The position numbers and the translations under genes are program-made. The notes below the pieces were generated by a model that saw only the letters and a list, made by a program, of their open reading frames with translations, searched no databases and had not been told where the DNA came from. From a virus (lineage: Duplodnaviria > Caudoviricetes), in the IMG/VR virus record IMGVR_UViG_3300045120_000343, positions 1 to 57,727 of that record: a stretch of DNA of 57,727 bases. The stretch is one strand, 5' to 3'. Within the stretch, counting starts at the first letter, position 1. Every line of letters starts with the position of its first letter. Below are positions 45,317 to 53,924 of the stretch, one piece after another.

Positions 45317-48300
45317 CAGCTATCCAATTCCAGGGGAGTGCCATCTTCCAACAGCAAAAACGCGCCGCCCTCATCGAGTAGAGCAGGCCCCAAAAAATCC
45401 CATGCGTCGAAGAATGGATCCAATGTCAAATCCTCGATCAGGCCGATCATGGCCAAGAGCTCGTCCGGCGTGGCCTCCGCAAAAAGCGCCTCTAGCTCGG
45501 CGAGCTGCGATGGGGTAACGCTGTTGACGTCGCGCGCCTCCAATTCGGCCACGACCTGCCAGCGATTAAAATTGATGGCATTGACAACTGGCGGCGAGGA
45601 GAAGCGGGCCTTTACCGTTCGATATTGCGAACTGTCGATCGGGACATCGATCGAAAAGAAAGCTGCCTCGTTTCTCGCGCGATATTCTAGCCACTCATTG
45701 AAATAGGCTAGTTGCGTATCGTCCCACTGCCAAGAAACAGAGAAGAGGCGAAATGGCGTCAGCGTACCGGCGCGGAAGTTAGCGATACCCTCGTTGCTTG
45801 CCTCAGTGCGATTGCCGGCCGCGGCACGCTTGTTTGAATAATTGTCAACCTGAATCGCATTTTCCAGAACTTCAGCAGGGAAAACGCCATCGTCCAATCC
45901 CGTAAAGTCGCTCCGCGATAGCAAGTTGGCGTCGTTGATTTCGAGCCGTGTCGTCAGACGCCACCGATCGGCAACGGTGGATATCGGAGCCAGTGCTTGT
46001 TCGCCGACAAAACGGGCCAGAACTGTCCTCTTGACGCTTTCGATCGGGATGTCGATGTGGAACCAGATTTCACCGTTCTTAGCGCTATAGTCGTACCATG
46101 CGTTGAAGAACTCGGCTTGATATTGGGTAAAATCGATGACGCCAGAGACGATGCGCAGCGGACTTCGGTTTGTCAGCCGAACTCGGTCAAAGCCCGATTC
46201 CATCGCCGAGCGCACGGCTGCGGCGTCCCGTTTGTTGCTGTAGCCGCTAACCAGAAAATCGGCCTGCAGAAATGGCGGGAATGTCAGGCCAGAGAATACT
46301 GGAGGCGTCGCGGCTCCAAACGGCGGGGCTTTGACGAAACTCAACGCCGGATAAAGGACGAACGAAACTTTCCGCCGCGTCGGCAATGACAACGGCTGAA
46401 ACCATTTGGTGATGAAAGTCGTCTCGGCGAATGGCGCCGCCTTGACGAAACTCAGAAACGGCTGTTCACGCGTTGGCAGCCCGCGTCTGGGCAATACCGG
46501 CTCGCGAAGTGCTGCGAACCATTTGTCGAGAGTTATAAGCTCACCTGCCGGCGTGAACTTCGACCAGATCAGACCATCGGGCTGGACCGCCGTCGGTTTG
46601 CGCCGGGTCGGAATAGAGAGCGGACTGAACCATCGTGCGTCGGTTGCCGTGTCCGTGCCGACGAACGGGAATCGCACATAGAGCTGCGCGCCCTGCTTGC
46701 GGCGGGAGGGCTCGCTTAGGGCCTGTTGCCAGCGGTCAACCGAGACCGCCTCAGCGAATGGCGCGGCCTTGACGAAGGCAAAGAACGGCTGCTCGCCCGT
46801 GGGCAGCAGGCGCAACCGGGTCGGTTCGCGCAGGGCTGCATACCACTTCTCGACCGTGATATCGGGATTGGCCGGGAAATAATAGGCCGCCGGGAACCAG
46901 GGAGGGTATTCGGCGAAGCGGATACGGCGGGTCGGCTCCCCCAATGGTAGCAGCCACTTGTCGATGCTAACCGCTTCGGCGAACGGCGCGGCCTCGACGA
47001 ACGCTAGATAGGGCTGCGCTGCCCCAGAGAGCGCCGCTGGGAAGCGTTTGGGCTCCGACAGGGGTCGGAGCCACCTGTCTATCGAAATGGCTTCAGGGAA
47101 CGGATCAGCCTTGACGAAGGCCAGCACCTGCTGGTCGTAGGCCGGTAGACCGGACCGTGCCCGTACCGGCTCAGCAAGCCAGTTGTAGTATTTATCGACG
47201 GTGACGGTTTCGCCCGCCGTTGGCGTAAGATAGGACCAGCTAAGCGACGGGAAATCCGTCAGCTTCTTGGCGCGCGTCGGTTCGGAAAGCGGAGCAAACC
47301 AGCGCGTGTCGGTCGCGATATCCGAGCCGACAAAGGACAGCTCGTCTTGCGCGCTGGTTGAATATCCACGCCGGCGACTCGGCTCAGAAAGCGGATAGAA
47401 GAACCAGCGCGCAGCATCTGTCGCCACGTCAGAGCCGACGAACGATAATTCGTCTTGTGCTTGGGTTGGATAGCCGCGGCGCCGCACGGGCTCGCTGAGA
47501 GGCTGTTGCCAGCGATCGGCGGAGACGGTCTCCGGGAACGGAGCGGCCTTGACAAAATAGGCATATGGCTGCTCGAAAGTCGTGCCGACTTTCGGGAAGC
47601 GTTTTGGTTCAGAAAGCGGCTGCTGCCATTTGTCGATCGACACCGATTCGGCAAAAGGTGCGGCCTTGACAAATGAGAGATAAGGATTTGAGCCCGGCGC
47701 CAGCCCGCGCCGCCGCACCGGCTCAGCAAGCGCAGAAAACCAACGATTGTCCCTCGCGGCATCCGAGAGCCCGAGCGCCAACGCAGGATGCTCGGACGTC
47801 GGTAAAACACGTGTGCGAACTGGCAAGCCAAGCGGAGCAAACCAGCCCATAGAGGCCGCGATATCGCTGAAAGGCAGAGCGAACTGGCGCAGCGGTGTCA
47901 ACGTATTTACCGGGGGGCCGAAGTCAAATGCCGCCGGAGTGCCAGTCGAATTCGTTGCGTTCTTACTATTGCCGCTTAAATCCGGTTCGGTCGCTACCAA
48001 GCCGTCGACCGGCCACCAATCTACTAAAGATTTAGGTCTAATCCTATTAGGACGAATTCCAGAACAATAAGCTTGTACCTCAAGAGCGGTTAGCGCGACA
48101 CTCCAAATAGCAGCGTCGGCAATCCGACCTGTGGTATCGGAAGTCGGAGTAGCCGATCCTCCATATGTTCCTACCCGAGCATTTGTAAATTGAGTTCCGC
48201 CAAAAACAGCCGAAACCGCGTCTGTGCTCGATAAAAGTGATCCAGAAAATATATATTGTGTTCTGCTTGTTGAAGAAGCGCAAACGAACAGCATAGGGTA

Positions 48301-48588
48301 CCAAGTATTGGCACTCAATGGTCCGAGAGCTGCGGGGTTACGGAAGTTGCCTACACTATCACTAACGAGACATTGAAAATTGTTTGCAGCCGCATCAACT
48401 CCAAATGAAACAGTGTTGGTAAATCCTCCGTAATCCGCATGATCCATTGAAAGTGGATGTGAATTTGATCCAGTAACGCTAGGCAACGATGTAAAATAAA
48501 CCCAACAAGCTATTGTAAATGGGTAATTGGTAAGCGGACCCACAGCCGCTTGATAGGCACCGTTCCCTACTGTGAATAGTCGCGCCAT
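45316..48588 (-). CDS. Distal tail protein with tandem Dit domains, 14 internal repeats and an N-terminal LamG domain
   Basis: LamG: FTIACWV...NTWY...GRIADAAIWSVALTALEV...LVDWWP; two copies of the YSNKR...FN.W..Y...F.ID.PI...ARF...RW....LE pattern; lies between the tape measure and gpL/K/J genes. Confidence 0.75.
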   Translation of the reverse strand: MARLFTVGNGAYQAAVGPLTNYPFTIACWVYFTSLPSVTGSNSHPLSMDHADYGGFTNTVSFGVDAAANNFQCLVSDSVGNFRNPAALGPLSANTWYPMLFVCASSTSRTQYIFSGSLLSSTDAVSAVFGGTQFTNARVGTYGGSATPTSDTTGRIADAAIWSVALTALEVQAYCSGIRPNRIRPKSLVDWWPVDGLVATEPDLSGNSKNATNSTGTPAAFDFGPPVNTLTPLRQFALPFSDIAASMGWFAPLGLPVRTRVLPTSEHPALALGLSDAARDNRWFSALAEPVRRRGLAPGSNPYLSFVKAAPFAESVSIDKWQQPLSEPKRFPKVGTTFEQPYAYFVKAAPFPETVSADRWQQPLSEPVRRRGYPTQAQDELSFVGSDVATDAARWFFYPLSEPSRRRGYSTSAQDELSFVGSDIATDTRWFAPLSEPTRAKKLTDFPSLSWSYLTPTAGETVTVDKYYNWLAEPVRARSGLPAYDQQVLAFVKADPFPEAISIDRWLRPLSEPKRFPAALSGAAQPYLAFVEAAPFAEAVSIDKWLLPLGEPTRRIRFAEYPPWFPAAYYFPANPDITVEKWYAALREPTRLRLLPTGEQPFFAFVKAAPFAEAVSVDRWQQALSEPSRRKQGAQLYVRFPFVGTDTATDARWFSPLSIPTRRKPTAVQPDGLIWSKFTPAGELITLDKWFAALREPVLPRRGLPTREQPFLSFVKAAPFAETTFITKWFQPLSLPTRRKVSFVLYPALSFVKAPPFGAATPPVFSGLTFPPFLQADFLVSGYSNKRDAAAVRSAMESGFDRVRLTNRSPLRIVSGVIDFTQYQAEFFNAWYDYSAKNGEIWFHIDIPIESVKRTVLARFVGEQALAPISTVADRWRLTTRLEINDANLLSRSDFTGLDDGVFPAEVLENAIQVDNYSNKRAAAGNRTEASNEGIANFRAGTLTPFRLFSVSWQWDDTQLAYFNEWLEYRARNEAAFFSIDVPIDSSQYRTVKARFSSPPVVNAINFNRWQVVAELEARDVNSVTPSQLAELEALFAEATPDELLAMIGLIEDLTLDPFFDAWDFLGPALLDEGGAFLLLEDGTPLELDS
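46290..47844 (-). repeat. 14 tandem protein repeats of about 37 aa (WxxPLxEPxR...FVKAAPF.E.VS.D)
   Basis: Counted in the translation; first Trp at 47844, last at 46404. Confidence 0.9.
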
Positions 48589-48884
48589 TAAATAATTCCG
48601 GCACGTTTCATCAGCACGTAGCAGCACAACAATGTCTTCTGTTGTACCGTCGCGCTGCTGAACGGTGCTGGAATTATAGCAGCTAACCCGTTGATGACCG
48701 TAGTCGCACCCCCCACTGCCGTAACCGCCGCGCTCAGAGCAGTATCAAAAGCCGCATCCAGCGCAGACGCCGCCGCGGATATATCCGCCACACTGAAATT
48801 TGCCGTCACCTGCGGACGAACAAAGTTTTCTACCGCCCAAAGAGACGCCACTTGCTGTACTTGTGAAGCGTTAAGCTGGGCCAT
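48588..48884 (-). CDS. Hypothetical Ala-rich protein
   Basis: Stop overlaps the Dit start (TAATG). Confidence 0.6.
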   Translation of the reverse strand: MAQLNASQVQQVASLWAVENFVRPQVTANFSVADISAAASALDAAFDTALSAAVTAVGGATTVINGLAAIIPAPFSSATVQQKTLLCCYVLMKRAGII

Positions 48885-48888
48885 CGGA

Positions 48889-49374
48889 TCACTCCCATAC
48901 CAGCATATGGATGCCGCTAAGAATGGCGGCGAGCGTCCAACCGGTGGCGTTGAAGGTGATCAATGTCGGGATAAGCTGTCCCGCGCTCGGCGCCGCGGTC
49001 AAGATCAGTTTATTTTCTACCAACACATCCGCTGCAGTCCAGGTGATCGACTGCTGCGTCTCCGTGGTAAGAGTGGCAGCCCCGGGATTGCTGCCCGGCG
49101 AGACAACCCCATCCTTGACCGTATATTTGACGACGCCGGAAGTGGCATTCGCCTGGAACAGAGAGCGCAGCTTGAGAACCCCTGTAGGTATCGGGTTTGG
49201 CGCGATGAATTGCAAAACGGCTGGCGCATCGCTACCCAACGAAGCAACGACCTGAATGCCTTCCAGCGCCCCAGCAAGGTTGGTATTGGTAGCAGGAATG
49301 TAAACCATAGAACTTAGGAGGCCGGATGCCCCGCCTAAATACAGCGAACAAGGAAATACATAACCGCCAGCCAT
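48889..49374 (-). CDS. Hypothetical beta-rich structural-like protein
   Basis: Thr/Gly/Ala-rich, AAGG SD. Confidence 0.6.
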   Translation of the reverse strand: MAGGYVFPCSLYLGGASGLLSSMVYIPATNTNLAGALEGIQVVASLGSDAPAVLQFIAPNPIPTGVLKLRSLFQANATSGVVKYTVKDGVVSPGSNPGAATLTTETQQSITWTAADVLVENKLILTAAPSAGQLIPTLITFNATGWTLAAILSGIHMLVWE

Positions 49375-49414
49375 TGCCTTAATTCTCCGTGGCAGACATC
49401 ATAGTCGAACGCTC

Positions 49415-49672
49415 TCATACATATGAGCGCCGCGCGTGATAGGACGCTTCCTCGGCCTCTATTTTTTTCATGAAATGGAGGCACTCGAAACAGCCTGGTT
49501 TGAGGCAGTGGAATCGCATGCAGTTACGGCAGAAGTCGGCAACCTCTTCGATCTTCTTATTCGCCGGAGTGTGAATGATGCAGCCATTGTGACAGCATTG
49601 ATGTGTATCGCATTCTCCGGTGATCTTGCCGGTCAGCCTATCAGTAAGCGTGGCATAGCCCTGCGACTTCAT
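49415..49672 (-). CDS. Cys/His-rich putative zinc-binding protein
   Basis: CDTHQCCHNGCIIH...FCRNCMRFHCLKPGCFECLH. Confidence 0.55.
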   Translation of the reverse strand: MKSQGYATLTDRLTGKITGECDTHQCCHNGCIIHTPANKKIEEVADFCRNCMRFHCLKPGCFECLHFMKKIEAEEASYHARRSYV

Positions 49673-49705
49673 ATAGATTGTCTCGCATCAAACATGGAGG
49701 AAACG

Positions 49706-50053
49706 ATGTCAGAAGAGCGCCTTGCCGAAATCCCGCCTGCCGATCCGACCGAAGAGGCCACCACGACAGAAGAGGCGTTGGCATTAATTCGCCAGCAGGC
49801 GATGGCCCTGATCGCTAAGGTCGATCCGATATTGCTCGATCAGATTCACGCCGTGATCAAGGGAACGCCCGCGGTCGTAGGAACCGCGACCATCGCCGCA
49901 GTGCTTGCCGACATTCTCTGCTTTGTCTCCAAGACCGAGGATGGCCTGGGCAAGAACGTGCTGCTCGCCTCAGAAGCGATCCTGCGGATGGCAACGGCAG
50001 GACTGAAGAACCGGCCGGCGCGAACTCCAGCCGGCCAGTTGATCGCTCATTGA
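49706..50053 (+). CDS. Hypothetical protein, antisense moron
   Basis: GGAGG SD, ATG at 49706; fills the gap between minus-strand genes. Confidence 0.55.
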   Translation: MSEERLAEIPPADPTEEATTTEEALALIRQQAMALIAKVDPILLDQIHAVIKGTPAVVGTATIAAVLADILCFVSKTEDGLGKNVLLASEAILRMATAGLKNRPARTPAGQLIAH

Positions 50054-50523
50054 GCCGACTGTGGTTCCGGAGGCATGACGGGAGCAGCCTGACCGTAAGC
50101 CGGGTGAACGGCACCGCCTGCATTGTTAATCGCCGTCAATCCATCCATCCACGCCGGCTTGGCGTTATCCACCAGGGGACCGACCTTGATGTTGTTCGCG
50201 GCGGCATAGTCGCGCAGAAATTTGGTGACGAAACCGTATTCGGCTCCGCCCGTCCGCGCATTGTTGATCATATCCATCAACAACTTCTCGGGATCGCTGT
50301 TGTCCTGACATTTCTTCCAGTTGTCATATGCCCACAGCGCCTCGCGGTTTAGATCGCGCACCAATTGAACGACTTCATCAGGTTGTCCTTTGGCCTCTAG
50401 ATAAACGGCGAGATCGTTTGCATACAAACTCGGGAACGGCGCAACCGTTGCAATCGCCTCATCAGGGATTTCGAGGCCCACATGGGCGAGACGCCACTTT
50501 TTGATCTGATTCGGATCGATCAT
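50047..50523 (-). CDS. Hypothetical protein
   Basis: ATGA overlap with the hydroxylase stop. Confidence 0.6.
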   Translation of the reverse strand: MIDPNQIKKWRLAHVGLEIPDEAIATVAPFPSLYANDLAVYLEAKGQPDEVVQLVRDLNREALWAYDNWKKCQDNSDPEKLLMDMINNARTGGAEYGFVTKFLRDYAAANNIKVGPLVDNAKPAWMDGLTAINNAGGAVHPAYGQAAPVMPPEPQSAQ

Positions 50524-50996
50524 GTCTGCTCCACGTCGAACATAAGATGAATGCGCGGCGTTTCCCCGTCGTTGGTCACGGAATGCTCGACCAGCACGTT
50601 GACCATATAGGCTTGGCCAACGCGCATAACATGCCCGCTGCCAGCGACTACGAATGAGGATTCGTCATTGCTCGTGAGCGGACAATGGACGCGACAGAGC
50701 CAAGCATCGGATTGCTGATCCATGTGCGGTTCGATGCGATGCCCCGGCATTACCGCAGAGAGCATCCTAGAGTGTGCGCGGGCGCTCGGAAATAATTCCA
50801 TCAGAGCGGCAACTATACCATCAGACATGGCACCGAAGCGATGCCAGGCCAGATCGGTGACCATCGCCGGCTTGAGTTCGCTGCGGCTCTGCTGCGGCCA
50901 CGCCTCGAACCTGATCGTCTCAATCCAGGCGACCAGGTCGAGAACGTGCACGCAGGCGAGAAATTCGACGGAGCCGCGAAAGCGACGGTCACTCAA
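50520..50996 (-). CDS. Asp/Asn beta-hydroxylase-family 2OG-Fe(II) oxygenase
   Basis: MLSAVMPGHRIEPHMD (HxD), RVHCPL, EHSVTNDGETPRIHLMFDV. Confidence 0.85.
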   Translation of the reverse strand: MSDRRFRGSVEFLACVHVLDLVAWIETIRFEAWPQQSRSELKPAMVTDLAWHRFGAMSDGIVAALMELFPSARAHSRMLSAVMPGHRIEPHMDQQSDAWLCRVHCPLTSNDESSFVVAGSGHVMRVGQAYMVNVLVEHSVTNDGETPRIHLMFDVEQT

Positions 50997-51459
50997 AAAG
51001 GTGAACGATGCAGACCGTCGTGCCGGTGTATGCCGGACTCTTTGCGCGCCCGCCAAGACCGGTGACGGTGACCGCGGGAACGATCAATTCACCGCCCGGC
51101 GCGGCGACCCAGCGATAGGTCGCACGCTGGTTAGTGGCAATTTCCAGGAGCTGCGTCGCAGCGGTGACGGTCGGCTCGATCGTGGTAACGACGCCAGCGG
51201 TAATCAGCGCCGCCGCATCGCCGGCATCCACGGGTGCCGGGACCGCCGTGGTGCGCGTTCCGGTCGAGGTCTGCCGATCGACCTTGTAGGTCACCGTGTT
51301 ATCCGCAGGGGTGCCATCGGTTCCGAACGTGAAATCATAGAGCCACGCACGCCGCAAGGTCGTGGCGCCGGTCACAGCGGTGAGATCCCACTGCGTCTTA
51401 TATGTCGTGGTCAGCGCACTCGGGGTGCCCTGAGTATTGGATAGCGAGTATTTTGCCAT
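50989..51459 (-). CDS. Thr-rich beta-sandwich-like structural protein
   Basis: 156 aa, very Thr/Ala-rich, GGAG SD, structured leader. Confidence 0.6.
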   Translation of the reverse strand: MAKYSLSNTQGTPSALTTTYKTQWDLTAVTGATTLRRAWLYDFTFGTDGTPADNTVTYKVDRQTSTGTRTTAVPAPVDAGDAAALITAGVVTTIEPTVTAATQLLEIATNQRATYRWVAAPGGELIVPAVTVTGLGGRAKSPAYTGTTVCIVHLFE

Positions 51460-51558
51460 GATGGGCTCCGTTTCGAGGCGCGTCCTTACGACGGGCCGAA
51501 TGCGCGTTGCCCAAGCGCGCTATTTGATTGGGCGTCATCCGGCTTACGCCGGAATTTC

Positions 51559-53427
51559 TCAGAAAGCGTTCATGATGTAGTCGATGTTGATTTGCATCAT
51601 GCCAGCAGTTAGAGCCTGGACGCTGACGGTCAGCGTAATCTGCTGCTCGGTGCCATTGTAGAAGAAATCGCCCGGTACTATGCCATTTATAATCAAATCG
51701 GGCGAGGTGATTGGTCCAGCGGTGATAACTGTTGCTGCTAGGAACGCAGCCGGAGTGCCCGTCACCCCTAACGCGATTTTGGCGGTATTGCTACTACTAG
51801 CAAAGGTTACCGATGGGGACGTGAAGACCCGGGTTACGATAGCACCCTTCGGAAGAGTGACGCCAAGATTCTTTGTTCCTACAGACCCGCCGTCAGTCGG
51901 AACATTGTAAGATGTGCAGATTCGACCGCCATCAAATTTAACTCTCAGACCTCGAATGCTCCCCGCGCCGAGGGTCAATTTAGTGAAATCGACGCCTTGT
52001 ATGTTGCTGAGAGATAAGTCGACGCAGTTTTTGGTAAGCGGTGCTTTGGACGACATATTACGCGCGGCGAAATTTGCAATCGTAATCCTGGTGACACCAT
52101 CTATATCCCACGGAATTGGAGATGGTGCTGAACCGCCGTCAAAATCCACTCCATCGATCACCCAATCTGCAGCGGTCGATACGGCCCCGTCGAAAGCATT
52201 AACGCAATTTTTGATTGTGCCGTTCGTAAATTTGACAGCGGACCCGAGCGGAATCTGGAAGGCCGAGAACGCCGTATCGATGAAATAGTTATTGATCGAT
52301 ATGCCGCTAATCGTTCCCTGAAAGAACATTGCCTCTTCGGCGTTCGTCGTGCCCTTGAATTTGTAGCCAGAGAGCGAGCAATGCGTACAGTCTCGCCAGA
52401 TGATACCGACATTGGCGCCTTGTGAGTTTTCGCTGTAAATATCGGACACCTGCAAATCAGTTTGCGTAAAAAATCCGAAATCACAGTTGAAGTTGCCATT
52501 ATGCGCGGTGCACTTGGAGACTTTATTGCCTTTTCCGGTGTCGATGGAATAGCCGAAATTGCTTGTGCACCCGCCGCAATCCACGTCGCATTCGGTCAGC
52601 GTGTTGTAGCCATCAGATGACGACGGCGATACCAGGGATATGCCTGCCGTGCCGCCGCCCGCCAGAGTTTGCGCCGTGACCGAGAGGGCAACCCTAATGC
52701 CGCGAATGACCGAGCGGCTTGCTTTGACCGCAAGGCCATAGGCATTACCCTGCCCCGAGAATGGCACGCTGGTGTTGGAAGCGTTGTCTGAATAAAAGTT
52801 TCCCACCGTGCAACGGTTCAGTATCGCGACGAATGCCGTTTGCGTGTGATGAAAGACCCGCAAGTCGCGAAATACGCAGTCGTTGAAAGTCGTGGGAGCG
52901 GCTCCATTGAGAGTCCCGATCGCCATCCCATCCACGTTCGAGAAATAGAGGTCGTCAAATACCGAGTCCGCGACGATCGAGGTGCTGTCTGCGCCGACGA
53001 AAATGCTATGTATAAGGTTATGCGGTGCACCGGCTTGATTGGCAAAATTGCCGTCCAGCAAGAGGCGGCTAAATGTTACACGCGATGTGGTCGCCCCCGT
53101 GGGCCACACAAACATGCTGCCACTAGCGTTAGCTTTCAATCTGAACGTAGTGTTCCCGTCCCCCAGCACCCGTAAATTGGAGAGCAGCGGCACCGAGTCG
53201 ACCGCATAGATACCGCCGCCCGTAACCCATAATGGGATTTTTTCCGAGGCGGCATAGGCGAACGCAGCAGTGACGGCGGCGGTATCGTTCGCCGCGCCAT
53301 CTCCCACGACGCCGAACTGTTGCAGGTTGAGAGCGTTGAGAGGCCGCTTGCGCCACCGGCTGCCGTCAAATTTCCAGGTGCGATAGAGATCACCTGACGA
53401 TGGCGCTATCGGGAAATCCAAAGCCAT
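51559..53427 (-). CDS. Tail spike, pectate-lyase-like beta-helix (depolymerase)
   Basis: NLQQFGVVGDGAANDTAAV..A cap motif; N-terminal anchor MALDFP..PS.G...WKFDG.RW. Confidence 0.8.
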   Translation of the reverse strand: MALDFPIAPSSGDLYRTWKFDGSRWRKRPLNALNLQQFGVVGDGAANDTAAVTAAFAYAASEKIPLWVTGGGIYAVDSVPLLSNLRVLGDGNTTFRLKANASGSMFVWPTGATTSRVTFSRLLLDGNFANQAGAPHNLIHSIFVGADSTSIVADSVFDDLYFSNVDGMAIGTLNGAAPTTFNDCVFRDLRVFHHTQTAFVAILNRCTVGNFYSDNASNTSVPFSGQGNAYGLAVKASRSVIRGIRVALSVTAQTLAGGGTAGISLVSPSSSDGYNTLTECDVDCGGCTSNFGYSIDTGKGNKVSKCTAHNGNFNCDFGFFTQTDLQVSDIYSENSQGANVGIIWRDCTHCSLSGYKFKGTTNAEEAMFFQGTISGISINNYFIDTAFSAFQIPLGSAVKFTNGTIKNCVNAFDGAVSTAADWVIDGVDFDGGSAPSPIPWDIDGVTRITIANFAARNMSSKAPLTKNCVDLSLSNIQGVDFTKLTLGAGSIRGLRVKFDGGRICTSYNVPTDGGSVGTKNLGVTLPKGAIVTRVFTSPSVTFASSSNTAKIALGVTGTPAAFLAATVITAGPITSPDLIINGIVPGDFFYNGTEQQITLTVSVQALTAGMMQINIDYIMNAF

Positions 53428-53431
53428 CGAA

Positions 53432-53920
53432 TTACAGCTCTATCCACTGGCTGGAATCGGCATCTGTTTCCCACATGAACAATCCGGGGTAAGGCGACAA
53501 TGACGGATCGTACCAAAGCTTGCCGTTGAATGGGGAGGAAGGAGCGGAGCCCGAAACCGTCACCGATTGATCCGCAGTTATTAGTTGCATCCAAAATAAC
53601 GGACTGGAGGCGGGATCATGATTGAGATTAGCGTTCTGGATCGACACATAAGCAACGGTACCGGACGACACCGCATCGAGCTGTGCGTACGTCGTCACGG
53701 CGCTCCAAACGCCACGCGGATTGAACGCTTGACCCGCCTGGATCTCCAATTCTATCCGCGCGAGCGTCTTGAGGGTGCGCGGCCCGACGTCGACGATGCT
53801 GCTGGCGCCCGTCGGCGGCCCCGTGATGACGCCGAGCAAATATCCGGTTTGCGTAACGAGAACCGCGACCTTCGCAACGAAAGTATTAACCGCAGTCTGG
53901 ACGTCCGTTAAAAGCGACAT
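53432..53920 (-). CDS. Tail adaptor with a CBM5/12-like motif
   Basis: RGVWSAVTTYAQLDAV...YVS..NAN.N.DP....FW; C-terminal SAPSSP.NG.LWYD. Confidence 0.6.
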   Translation of the reverse strand: MSLLTDVQTAVNTFVAKVAVLVTQTGYLLGVITGPPTGASSIVDVGPRTLKTLARIELEIQAGQAFNPRGVWSAVTTYAQLDAVSSGTVAYVSIQNANLNHDPASSPLFWMQLITADQSVTVSGSAPSSPFNGKLWYDPSLSPYPGLFMWETDADSSQWIEL

Positions 53921-53924
53921 CGGG

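Noticed and set aside
46290-47844. Repeats as a CRISPR array or DGR template/variable pair
   Set aside because: Conservation is at protein level with synonymous divergence; no identical DNA repeats with spacers, no cas genes and no reverse transcriptase seen.
46290-47844. Repeats as multi-core RiPP precursor peptides
   Set aside because: They are embedded between LamG and Dit domains of a structural protein, with no RiPP protease or transporter nearby.
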